Virus record (IMG/VR): IMGVR_UViG_3300025057_000004
Location: 1-64,000 of that record
Direction: 5' to 3' (one strand)
From: a virus
DNA length: 64,000 nt
Shown: one piece after another, positions 9,972 through 18,056 of the stretch
Layout: every line of letters begins with the position of its first letter
Numbering within the stretch: the stretch's first letter is position 1
Translations under genes and position numbers: made by a program
The notes under the pieces: generated by a model
What the model saw: only the letters and a program-made list of their open reading frames with translations
Database searches by the model: none
What the model was told of the DNA's origin: nothing

Positions 9972-12307
9972 CTTCTTCTAATACGTTCTCTGATACTGAT
10001 CCTGTCTTCATCTACTTCCATTGGAATAAATCTTTCAGACATGCTCCTTCTATTTCTAAGAAAGAACGGATCAATCTGTTTTCGATTTTCGTTATTATCA
10101 ATAAAACCCTCTTCTTCTATGCCATACTTCTCAAGGTCAGCACGATAAATCAACACCATACCTAACGCAGAAATCCTATCGTAGTTTCCTACATACGGAT
10201 CATACGCTATCAGCTCTCTGAGCATTCCAGGTGATACTATCGTACTGTAGTTCCTCTCTCCCTCTTCTTTTCCGTAAGCTTGCTCCATAAGATACGACCT
10301 TATCAGACTGTTTCTCCATCCATTGACAGCCTTTGTCGTATGCGTACCTTTTGCAAAGTTACCGTAACCTGTTCTCTTTGTGATCTGCATATCACGCAAT
10401 ATCCCAGGTGTATCGCACAACATATACGTTGCATTTATTCTATCAAAATATTGGAACATACCTTTCTTGTTGTTCTCATAGTTGCAACGTGCATTGTAAT
10501 ATTTCATCAATCGGTAGCATATCTCGTAGAACTCCTCTGCCGTTCTTGGACGACCTGTATATTCTGCGACTATCCTACCTGTTAGACGGTTCATTATGAT
10601 AATACTCCCTAATGATGGTCCGACCGACATATCATCATCATAAGGGTCAGCTCCTGCTATATAGACATTTGGCTGTATATGACCATCTATCTCAACAGGA
10701 TGCTCAAATATCTCTACACACGAGGCAAGATCCTTGACATCCATAACAGGAAACTGTCGTATCGGGTAATTATCGCTCAGTTTCCAGTTTACCTCACCAT
10801 CTTGAAAGTAAAGCTTGACCTTCCATGTAGCATCTGTGTATTTCTTAGGATTTGTCTCCACCTCCGCAAGATGTATACGCATATCCTCTACATTGAACAG
10901 ATGACCCTCCTTTTTCATCATCGCCTCTTGCGGTGTGATGGAACGGTCAGCTTTTTCCTGTATCAAAGCGTTAGGATCGTCTGTACTGGTCGCAATAACT
11001 GCACGTGCATCAAAAACCTCTATCAATGCCTTTACAATATCAGAGTTACCATCTACATCGTAGCAACCTTCACGGTTCATATACTCACCGCAGTAGTAAC
11101 CGCACACTGTACCCTGTGGCATATTACGGTCAAACACGTTCGGTAACGCATAAATATTATATGCATCAGGTTTAGTGAACAATTCACGCATACCTGCAAA
11201 GTCAGCACCCTCTGTACCACCTGTACCCCATACTACAATGGTACCGAATGTCATTTTACCCTGCTCAACCGAAGGTCGTGCAATCGCATATGTCTTTTTC
11301 AGGTGTGGAAACTTTCCTGCCTCCTCAAACAAAAGCAGTTTACCCCTCTTTCCCCTTGCACGTTCTGGCTGACCTTTGGTAGATACACCGATTATCTCGG
11401 TCTTTATACCTTTTTCCGTCTTTGTTCTCGGATCTCTGTAGGATGCCCTCTTGTGGTCGTTCCTATCTGCATAATCACGTGACTTTCTCCACGGTGTATG
11501 GTTATCTATGAAGTTCAGTGTGTCCCATGCTTTAGATAAGATACCATCATCGTACAGATACTCACCTTCCGATGCTATCGCAAAAGACTTTGAACGTTTA
11601 AAATGGTAATAATTACGTGTACCCATAGAAGAACCCTTGAACGAGTAGCCTCTACCCCTTGTTTTCAAGTTTCCACAGTGCATACCACGCTGTTCTGCCT
11701 GTTCTACATAATGATACCATAGATAATCACTGTCCCATACTCTCGGAAAGTCCTCTACACGGTCAGCCTTTATGTTGCCTACCTGCTTTTCTAACTCCTC
11801 TGTAGATTGTGGTACCTCCTGTGTCATCAGTATCGGACAGTAATTCAGATACCAATAATAATAGCCTGGTATCCACTCACCATCAGAAGGTCGTATCAGA
11901 CCCTCTCTACATCTACGCTGTTCCTCTCTCCAAAACTTCATATAACGTGAAGACGGAAATCTATTGGGAACCAAGTCGGTATACTTACCGTACTTCTTAA
12001 AATACAATGCTCTCTCCCTGAAGAAGTCCATATCTTCAAGGATATGTGGAGATGTAATATCAACCTCTATCTTACCATCGTCATCCTTTGGCAGATCCTT
12101 TGCGTAAGGTCTGTTACTTGACAACATATTGTAAACAAAAGGTATCTCATCAATAGCCTGAATGATATCTGCACGTAACTCCTCATCTTCCAACGAGTTT
12201 ATACGCACACTCACATCGAAACGTAAGCTGTCAAGTAATGACCTCTCTTCGTGTGTATCAGTCTGGGTTGAGTTCTTCATCTTCAAATTCAGCTTTCTCC
12301 CTTCCAC
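9968..12307 (-). CDS. terL: Terminase large subunit (true start may be slightly downstream of 12307)
   Basis: Walker A-like LKTRGRGYS, Walker B LLFEEAG, coupling motif GTGG, nuclease motifs GADPYDDD and YDRISA. Confidence 0.92.
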   Translation of the reverse strand: MEGRKLNLKMKNSTQTDTHEERSLLDSLRFDVSVRINSLEDEELRADIIQAIDEIPFVYNMLSSNRPYAKDLPKDDDGKIEVDITSPHILEDMDFFRERALYFKKYGKYTDLVPNRFPSSRYMKFWREEQRRCREGLIRPSDGEWIPGYYYWYLNYCPILMTQEVPQSTEELEKQVGNIKADRVEDFPRVWDSDYLWYHYVEQAEQRGMHCGNLKTRGRGYSFKGSSMGTRNYYHFKRSKSFAIASEGEYLYDDGILSKAWDTLNFIDNHTPWRKSRDYADRNDHKRASYRDPRTKTEKGIKTEIIGVSTKGQPERARGKRGKLLLFEEAGKFPHLKKTYAIARPSVEQGKMTFGTIVVWGTGGTEGADFAGMRELFTKPDAYNIYALPNVFDRNMPQGTVCGYYCGEYMNREGCYDVDGNSDIVKALIEVFDARAVIATSTDDPNALIQEKADRSITPQEAMMKKEGHLFNVEDMRIHLAEVETNPKKYTDATWKVKLYFQDGEVNWKLSDNYPIRQFPVMDVKDLASCVEIFEHPVEIDGHIQPNVYIAGADPYDDDMSVGPSLGSIIIMNRLTGRIVAEYTGRPRTAEEFYEICYRLMKYYNARCNYENNKKGMFQYFDRINATYMLCDTPGILRDMQITKRTGYGNFAKGTHTTKAVNGWRNSLIRSYLMEQAYGKEEGERNYSTIVSPGMLRELIAYDPYVGNYDRISALGMVLIYRADLEKYGIEEEGFIDNNENRKQIDPFFLRNRRSMSERFIPMEVDEDRISIRERIRRR

Positions 12308-12824
12308 CTCTCAGTATCAGGTTCTCAGCCACTTCAGTCTCCACTAATCTCTGCGTATCCTGCAACGACTTAACAGTCTTAGGCAAAGAGTTTATCATAT
12401 CCATTATCTGCTTTGCGTTGAACACAGGCTTACCATTGTTATCACGCTCATTCAGATTCACATTACCAAGAAAGTTGTCCAACTCCGTCTGTGCCTTCCA
12501 AGCAGACTCCAGCGTATCCATTGAACGTGTCCTACTCATCTCCCTATACTTATCTATACAAGCATTGATGTGTTGGTCAACCTCCCAATCAGGAAACATA
12601 TAAAGCACATCCTCTTTGATATAACTCCATCTTTCTTCCTCATCCATTCGCATATACGGAGAACGCATATCCACAAAAAACCAAATGGCAGAAAGTTCAG
12701 CATTCAATCGTGCTTTCCCTCTCTTACCTCTTTTCTTGGCAAGTTCTGCAAACTCCTTTATCATCAGGATCTGCGGGGAGATACTAAGTTCTCCCTGCTC
12801 GTCCATCTCAAACATATGCTTCAT
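12258..12824 (-). CDS. Putative terminase small subunit
   Basis: 188 aa helical protein directly upstream of and overlapping TerL; positional inference. Confidence 0.45.
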   Translation of the reverse strand: MKHMFEMDEQGELSISPQILMIKEFAELAKKRGKRGKARLNAELSAIWFFVDMRSPYMRMDEEERWSYIKEDVLYMFPDWEVDQHINACIDKYREMSRTRSMDTLESAWKAQTELDNFLGNVNLNERDNNGKPVFNAKQIMDMINSLPKTVKSLQDTQRLVETEVAENLILRGGREKAEFEDEELNPD

Positions 12825-13282
12825 TATCCTATTGGATTTCCGTCAGGATCTAAAATAGAAGTACTCTCAGTAAGCACCTCGCTTTCATCCTTCTCAGTAA
12901 TATTAGCTTTTACCTTTGACAACTTATCAATCTTCACATACTCTGTAAGATCTCTCACAATACTCGTATCAGTACCTATGATAACCTCATAGTCAGGCTT
13001 CTCATCGAACATTACCTGTACATCATGCTCTTGAAAGAAGTAAAACAACTCCTCTCCATACTTGAACTGTCCAGGTTGTACATTATCACGCACTAAACAC
13101 CATTGTCCTTCCTTCACATATTTGACATCAGGACCTACCTTCATGATCTCAACACAAGGAACGATCTCCTTATTATCAAGACCCAATATGATACTCTTCG
13201 GTTTAAGATACGCACGTACGATCATCTTACTACCAAGCGGTGTACACTTGATATCCTCACTCTTCAACATCTTCTTGCTCAT
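12824..13282 (-). CDS. GroES/Cpn10-like co-chaperonin
   Basis: PLGSKMIVR...IMKVGPDVKYVKEGQWCL...FFQEHDV matches the Cpn10 pattern PLxDRVLV...VxAVGP...VKxGDxV...xxExDI. Confidence 0.7.
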   Translation of the reverse strand: MSKKMLKSEDIKCTPLGSKMIVRAYLKPKSIILGLDNKEIVPCVEIMKVGPDVKYVKEGQWCLVRDNVQPGQFKYGEELFYFFQEHDVQVMFDEKPDYEVIIGTDTSIVRDLTEYVKIDKLSKVKANITEKDESEVLTESTSILDPDGNPIG

Positions 13283-13580
13283 TATTCTCTTCTTGTTGTT
13301 TTTTCATCTGCTCAATAAAAGCAGTTACCGTCTCACGATTTCTCTCGTTATGCTGCAAACCCTTACTATTACCAAGAATATAAGGATTCCACAACATCCT
13401 CCCTCTCTTAAAACGCTTCATAGAGCCACGATTTATTTTTCTTCTCGTTTTATACTCTTCGTGCGTCTCCTCTTCAAGTCTTGAGGGTGAATTGCTTACA
13501 AACATCTTAAGTATCCTATCCTCTACAGGGTACTCAAAATACACAATACCACTCTCTGTGACCTTCTCTTCACTCATCAT
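13257..13580 (-). CDS. Hypothetical protein
   Basis: 107 aa ORF overlapping its neighbours in the late operon. Confidence 0.6.
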   Translation of the reverse strand: MMSEEKVTESGIVYFEYPVEDRILKMFVSNSPSRLEEETHEEYKTRRKINRGSMKRFKRGRMLWNPYILGNSKGLQHNERNRETVTAFIEQMKKQQEENNEQEDVEE

Positions 13581-13737
13581 CGTAAATGTCCTCTGTATAA
13601 CTGTTCATTGTTTCCATGATCCTATTAGGATCTACAACATCCTCCTTATCCGCAATAAACTTGCGAATATCATCTGCTCCCTCTATAACATCGGTAAGCT
13701 CTCCATCCTCAATAACATTCAGAACATACTCTACCAT
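13570..13737 (-). CDS. Small acidic hypothetical protein (55 aa)
   Basis: Not in ORF track; MVEYVLNVIEDGELTDVIEGADDIRKF...DIYDDE; fills the gap between adjacent genes. Confidence 0.55.
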   Translation of the reverse strand: MVEYVLNVIEDGELTDVIEGADDIRKFIADKEDVVDPNRIMETMNSYTEDIYDDE

Positions 13738-13955
13738 TTTGGTCCTCCTTTATCTTGAGGGTTTGGACACTCACTCTTCATACTCCTTGTCTTCATTGCA
13801 AGAGGACAGTTGCATATCCCACATCTAGGAATACCCATATCATCTTTTGCATGCTCACATGAGGCACATATTGCTGCCCTACGTTTTGCTTCAGCCTCTA
13901 CAAGTGGAGTCTTAACAATGTAATTCTTCCAACCCTCAACTATCTCGTTTATCAT
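13731..13955 (-). CDS. Small Cys-rich zinc-binding protein
   Basis: ICASC...RCGICNC...ECP...KW pattern. Confidence 0.65.
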   Translation of the reverse strand: MINEIVEGWKNYIVKTPLVEAEAKRRAAICASCEHAKDDMGIPRCGICNCPLAMKTRSMKSECPNPQDKGGPKW

Positions 13956-14178
13956 CTCTATTATTCATATAACGCATCTCTGCAACTCTTGGAACAAACT
14001 TACCAAGATGCCTTATATATACCGTTTTAAAACTTTCAATATCTTCTCTATCGCTACTACTGATCGTATCTTTGACAACCCTGAACTGATTCTTCCAAGC
14101 ACGTTCAATGATCGGCACTGCAATACCATGCTCTTTAGCAACTTCCTTAAGCAACCTATCAAATAACTCATTTTGCAT
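13936..14178 (-). CDS. HU/IHF-like DNA-binding protein
   Basis: Two N-terminal helices then VYIRHLGKF, like HU VxIxGFGxF; IHF-like genes are common in crAss-like late modules. Confidence 0.6.
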   Translation of the reverse strand: MQNELFDRLLKEVAKEHGIAVPIIERAWKNQFRVVKDTISSSDREDIESFKTVYIRHLGKFVPRVAEMRYMNNRDDKRDS

Positions 14179-14557
14179 TTCTTATTGTAAAATTGAAAAC
14201 AATACCATTCTTCTCACTTGGATACACTCTCAACCTTTCATGCAAATAGTTATCTGCATTCAGCAATCCATGCTTTCTCAAAGAGCTTAAACAATTTGCA
14301 AAGCTTGCCTCTGACATCTTACCTACAGCGTCTGCCATTTCTTGCTTACGCTCGTAGGAAAGTAACTCCCTCCATTTCTTTGGGTCTTCAGGATTCCTAT
14401 AATCCTTTGCTAAATTACTGTTCTGATACATGATCTCAGCAAGAACTTGCCTTTCCTGCTTACGAAGTTTGTTAATAGGCGACTGCACAGTCATCAACTC
14501 AACATACATATTAAAGAACGCTCTTTCGGTAGCTTTTAAATTATATACCTTCTCCAT
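14168..14557 (-). CDS. Winged-HTH DNA-binding protein (RepL-like/regulator)
   Basis: KQEMADAVGKMSEASFANCLSSLRKHGLL HTH-like segment. Confidence 0.55.
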   Translation of the reverse strand: MEKVYNLKATERAFFNMYVELMTVQSPINKLRKQERQVLAEIMYQNSNLAKDYRNPEDPKKWRELLSYERKQEMADAVGKMSEASFANCLSSLRKHGLLNADNYLHERLRVYPSEKNGIVFNFTIRNAK

Positions 14558-14574
14558 ATCTCTATGATTTCATG

Positions 14575-14605
14575 CAAATATAATACAAATAACAGGACAT
14601 GTCAA
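14575..14605 (-). promoter_or_regulatory. Bacteroidota housekeeping-sigma promoter for late/packaging operon
   Basis: Minus strand TTG(ACA)-N20-TATATTTG, 17 nt upstream of ATG 14557. Confidence 0.75.
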
Positions 14606-14646
14606 GAATGCTAATAAATTTCATTACAAATAAGGGTAAAAAAATT

Positions 14647-15066
14647 TTATTCAAACCTTTCAGAACCCATACTTATATCACCTTTATCTTGATTCCCCAT
14701 ATAAATATCATAACACTTCTCGTGAAACTCCAGACTAAGTACAACCTCTACATCTACATCCTTATCCCCATGATAAGTATACCTACCTTCAAGCATAACT
14801 TCCATAAGTCCTTCTTTGGGAGTAAATACAAAAGAAGAATACGTAATTAGCACAAGTTCCTGCTCATCCTCAACTATAAGTTCTCTTGTAAACTTATATC
14901 TTGGATATTCAAACTCGTGCTCCATTCTATCTTCAATGCCTTCCTCTCCCATTTTTTTTTGCATTTTGAAATTCACCTCGTAAAAACACTCGCTTTTGCG
15001 AGTCAAAAACTCAGACCTTATACCTACATCGAAGTTTTTGAGTATATCAATATTTACCTGAACCAA
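14647..15066 (-). CDS. Hypothetical protein (start uncertain)
   Basis: 139 aa acidic ORF with a non-ATG upstream start; internal Met starts possible. Confidence 0.5.
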   Translation of the reverse strand: MVQVNIDILKNFDVGIRSEFLTRKSECFYEVNFKMQKKMGEEGIEDRMEHEFEYPRYKFTRELIVEDEQELVLITYSSFVFTPKEGLMEVMLEGRYTYHGDKDVDVEVVLSLEFHEKCYDIYMGNQDKGDISMGSERFE

Positions 15067-15107
15067 CAGGAGTGGTTACCTGAAGACACAACTAAGAGGT
15101 ATATAAC

Positions 15108-15168
15108 GTCCCATTTGATCAACCTTACGGGGTTGCGCAGTCTTAGATACTGCATTCTCAAACGAGAC
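15108..15168 (-). ncRNA. Structured three-way-junction leader or small RNA
   Basis: 11-bp outer stem 15108-15118/15158-15168 with G-U pairs only on the minus strand, enclosing GCAGU/ACUGC and CAACC/GGUUG hairpins; begins just after promoter 15173-15203. Confidence 0.5.
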
Positions 15169-15172
15169 AATA

Positions 15173-15203
15173 CAAAACTAATACATCAAAGAGCGTTTGT
15201 CAA
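15173..15203 (-). promoter_or_regulatory. Bacteroidota housekeeping-sigma promoter
   Basis: Minus strand TTG(ACA)-N20-TAGTTTTG. Confidence 0.75.
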
Positions 15204-15334
15204 GTCTTTTCTAAAATTTTTTTTTAAAATTTTTTTGAGTAGCTGCGTGTGATGACCTCCATAACAAAAAGCCACTACTAAATTTTAGCAGCGGGAATAG
15301 TCCCGTTGCCGAACTTTTCACAATTATCAAAGCT

Positions 15335-15622
15335 ATGAGTAAAGAGCTAAAGTTTACAGATGAAGTCCTAACTGTCGCACAATTCAAAGCGAGTCAAGGC
15401 ACCGAGAGTATCGCGTTTGTTCGCAGCCCGAAAACCGACAAGTTGTTCGCGGCTGATGACGCAGGTAACACAATTGCAGCTGTTTCAGAGGCTGCAGTTG
15501 AAGCAGAAGAATTGCTCGTAACTCTCTGCGAAAGAGAGAACGCAGAGGGCAAGACTGAGCAGTTCTACCTGATTCACGCGAAAGGTAAGGGCGGTACGCA
15601 GAACGTTGAGAGAACCATCTAA
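15335..15622 (+). CDS. First early-region protein, hypothetical
   Basis: 95 aa; A-rich leader; GC-richer than its flanks; strong hairpins on both sides. Confidence 0.75.
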   Translation: MSKELKFTDEVLTVAQFKASQGTESIAFVRSPKTDKLFAADDAGNTIAAVSEAAVEAEELLVTLCERENAEGKTEQFYLIHAKGKGGTQNVERTI

Positions 15623-15673
15623 GGTTCCCTCAGCGGCTTCTGCCGTTTGAGCCAGTGCATCTATATGATGCAA

Positions 15674-15750
15674 ACACACAGACCGAAAGGAGTTGTTACG
15701 GTAAATGTGTGTCAGTGTTAGAAGAGCAGCAACTCCAAGCTGCTTTTCTA
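15674..15750 (+). ncRNA. Two-hairpin kissing-loop RNA candidate
   Basis: ACACACA/UGUGUGU plus ACCG/CGGU hairpin with loop GGAGUU, complementary to loop AACUCC of the 12-bp hairpin 15719-15750. Confidence 0.55.
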
Positions 15751-16024
15751 CCCTTTTGGGTATACAATAGTTTCCTACTATGTATCTAAATACATAGACT
15801 TTTAGCACCGTGTGAACAGGTGTATCGTTGTTCACAATATAACTATGCTTCCGACTATGAAGACATTTGTTATCGTCAACGGAGTAGTAACTCTTGTTGA
15901 GTACATCATTAACACTAACGCATAGTTAGTGTGATGTATTGAATCAGATTCGGAGTAAGTGAACACCAAATCACTTTCTTGGCAACAGAAATCTTAGGTA
16001 TTTGGAGAGAACCTTAATCTCTCC

Positions 16025-16086
16025 TGTATTAATGCAACTGAACATAGTTCAACGGTCACAAGTCCGTGTAAATGCAGAGTGGTACA
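16025..16086 (+). ncRNA. Twister self-cleaving ribozyme, type P1
   Basis: P1 UGUAU/GUACA; UAA cleavage loop 16030-32; P2 UGCA/UGCA; P3 UGAAC/GUUCA; P4 ACGG/CCGU with loop UCACAAGU; GAGUG strand; both pseudoknots pair (CAC:GUG and AC:GU). Confidence 0.9.
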
Positions 16087-16274
16087 AAAAGGTTATGAGT
16101 GTTAGACCTGTCTAACTTCCGTAGGGTCGCTACCTAAAAAACTCTTATTTGGTCGTTGTCAATTTGCTGTTAGACTGGTCATCTTATACCAACAGTGTCG
16201 TCAACCGTGATAACGGTACAGCAAGGGTAAGCAGTCCTTGCACTTTTTATTAACCTTTTAATCTATAATCTACT

Positions 16275-16628
16275 ATGCAAATAGAAGAGTTATTGGATAT
16301 AAAGGCAGAGTTGACCAATTCATTGCGTGATATCAATACAAAGATAAAGCAATATGAAGACGGTTATATCTACATTGTAGTAACCAGAGAATATGGTTCA
16401 ATCTGGTTTGATTCTTTCAAGAACAAATATGCATTGGAAGATTACATTGCAGACTACTATGGAGATAACGGAATCACTGAAGTGTATACCGATTATGATG
16501 CTGATATTGAGCATTGTGATTCAAGGTTCTACACTTTAGAAGATTTCACTGAATACTTAAAGGATATGAAATATTATCCTAACAGTGTTCAGAAGATTCT
16601 GTCTGAATATCCACAATTGAACAGCTGA
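16275..16628 (+). CDS. Hypothetical early protein
   Basis: 117 aa, ATG with A/T-rich leader. Confidence 0.7.
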   Translation: MQIEELLDIKAELTNSLRDINTKIKQYEDGYIYIVVTREYGSIWFDSFKNKYALEDYIADYYGDNGITEVYTDYDADIEHCDSRFYTLEDFTEYLKDMKYYPNSVQKILSEYPQLNS

Positions 16629-16838
16629 AAAGCGGGTTCGGAGCAGTTATGCTTGGCAACAGAAAATAACATTTTAATTTCTAACCGACTAATACAATAG
16701 CTTTGAAACACAAAGACAAACAATCATACTTTGATCTGTTGGTGTTGTTTGCACCAGCAATATTCTTTTTCATTTATCAACTCATTAAATGATGATACTT
16801 CTGTTCAATACTATTTTGGATGGTAAAATACTTTAGTC

Positions 16839-16873
16839 GGTCGCATTCCTTTTCGGAGGGTGTGACCTTCTTT
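16839..16873 (+). terminator. Strong hairpin/terminator-like element
   Basis: GGUCGCAUUCC...GGGUGUGACC stem followed by UUCUUU. Confidence 0.55.
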
Positions 16874-16955
16874 AAATCCACCAAATCAGGGTGGCTTTAT
16901 TAACCCTCGCAGATATAAACAAGCCATCACTGCGATAATATAAATTAAAGAGCCA

Positions 16956-17265
16956 GGTCGCTGGGATAGAGAAGACCATATAAATAACTATCCATTTTTA
17001 ACACGTCATAAGGTCGGTAAAATTCCGAATACGTTCGTGCAGAGCCGTGGGGAGCGGAATGTAAAAACCCCAAACAAGTGTAAGCCAGAGTTATGTTTGC
17101 TCTCAGACAGGAGTCCATACATCTAGGTGCCCTGATGGACTTAGCAAGGAGAATTTGAGGGATAATGTAAAAATGGACAGGCAACGATCCGTTTATGTAA
17201 CTCTGGCAAACACTTACTTTACAATAATTCTCAAGTAATAATGTATGGTCAGGCCTGAATCGACC
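16956..17265 (+). ncRNA. Multi-stem structured RNA candidate (~310 nt)
   Basis: Nested long-range stems 16956-60/17261-65, 16974-82/17242-50, 17076-81/17210-15, 17084-95/17196-207, 17111-18/17135-42, 17171-77/17188-94; G-U wobbles on plus strand. Confidence 0.65.
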
Positions 17266-17348
17266 ATTGCAATACAATGACTGTTTGGCGTGTCATTGGC
17301 ATTATCACTTGTCAATATATATTTTATAAACCCTTTAATTCATACATT

Positions 17349-17654
17349 ATGAATGCGCTTAAAGAAATAGAACCGTTTATTAATGAGATCCAAGCTATTA
17401 CTGTACAGCACTCTGATTTCAGTTGGGATGAAGATAATCTTAAGAGTTATACTCTTTATCCTGATTATACTCCTGAAGAATTTGAAGATTTCAAAGACTT
17501 TATGAACTTTGAATATGATAACGGTTACGGAGCACAGGAATTATACGGTACTATCTGGTTTAAAGACGGTACTTGGTGTACTCGCGGAGAGTATGACGGT
17601 AGTGAGTGGTGGGAACATCACGAAAGACCTGATATTATTACAAGGGAGCGTTGA
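17349..17654 (+). CDS. Hypothetical early protein (likely start MNALKEI at 17349 rather than 17277)
   Basis: YDNGYGAQELYGTIWFKDGTWCTRGEYDGSEWW segment; leader aaaccctttaattcatacattATG resembles other early-gene leaders. Confidence 0.7.
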   Translation: MNALKEIEPFINEIQAITVQHSDFSWDEDNLKSYTLYPDYTPEEFEDFKDFMNFEYDNGYGAQELYGTIWFKDGTWCTRGEYDGSEWWEHHERPDIITRER

Positions 17655-17728
17655 TCGCTCTCTTGTTTCTACATAAGGTTAAGCAATAGACCTATCAACT
17701 TATTGCACAATTTATACAATACTATACA

Positions 17729-18055
17729 ATGAAATTTACTTACACATTTCCAACACGATTCTGGGACGCAGCAGCAAATTGTCTTAGTGAATCATTAAGA
17801 GCACTATCATTTAGAATAAGTCACAACACTGAAGGCAAAGTAAACCTTGATGCATCAGTGTTTACAATACTTAAAGATGATTTTCAAGGTGTTCAGGTCA
17901 ACTTAGCCTTTGTTGTTAAAGATTCATTGGCTCCTAAAGAGATCAAAGCTATTCTTGAAGAGATAATCTATCTTGAAAAGAATCTTGAAAAAGATGTTGA
18001 AAGGTCTGATAAAAAAGCAAATCAATTACACGAAAAATATTTTAAAGTAGCATAA
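17729..18055 (+). CDS. Hypothetical protein
   Basis: 108 aa ORF in early operon. Confidence 0.6.
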   Translation: MKFTYTFPTRFWDAAANCLSESLRALSFRISHNTEGKVNLDASVFTILKDDFQGVQVNLAFVVKDSLAPKEIKAILEEIIYLEKNLEKDVERSDKKANQLHEKYFKVA

Positions 18056-18056
18056 G

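Noticed and set aside
17035-17072. Group II intron domain V (GAGCCGUG) or hatchet ribozyme (CGUGCAGA)
   Set aside because: The rest of domain V and the other hatchet elements are missing, and there is no interrupted host gene.
16945-17348. 110-aa minus-strand ORF 16945-17277 and the upstream extension of ORF 17277
   Set aside because: The minus ORF is antisense to the early arm with atypical composition; plus-strand RNA pairing explains the region better, and ATG 17349 has the typical leader.
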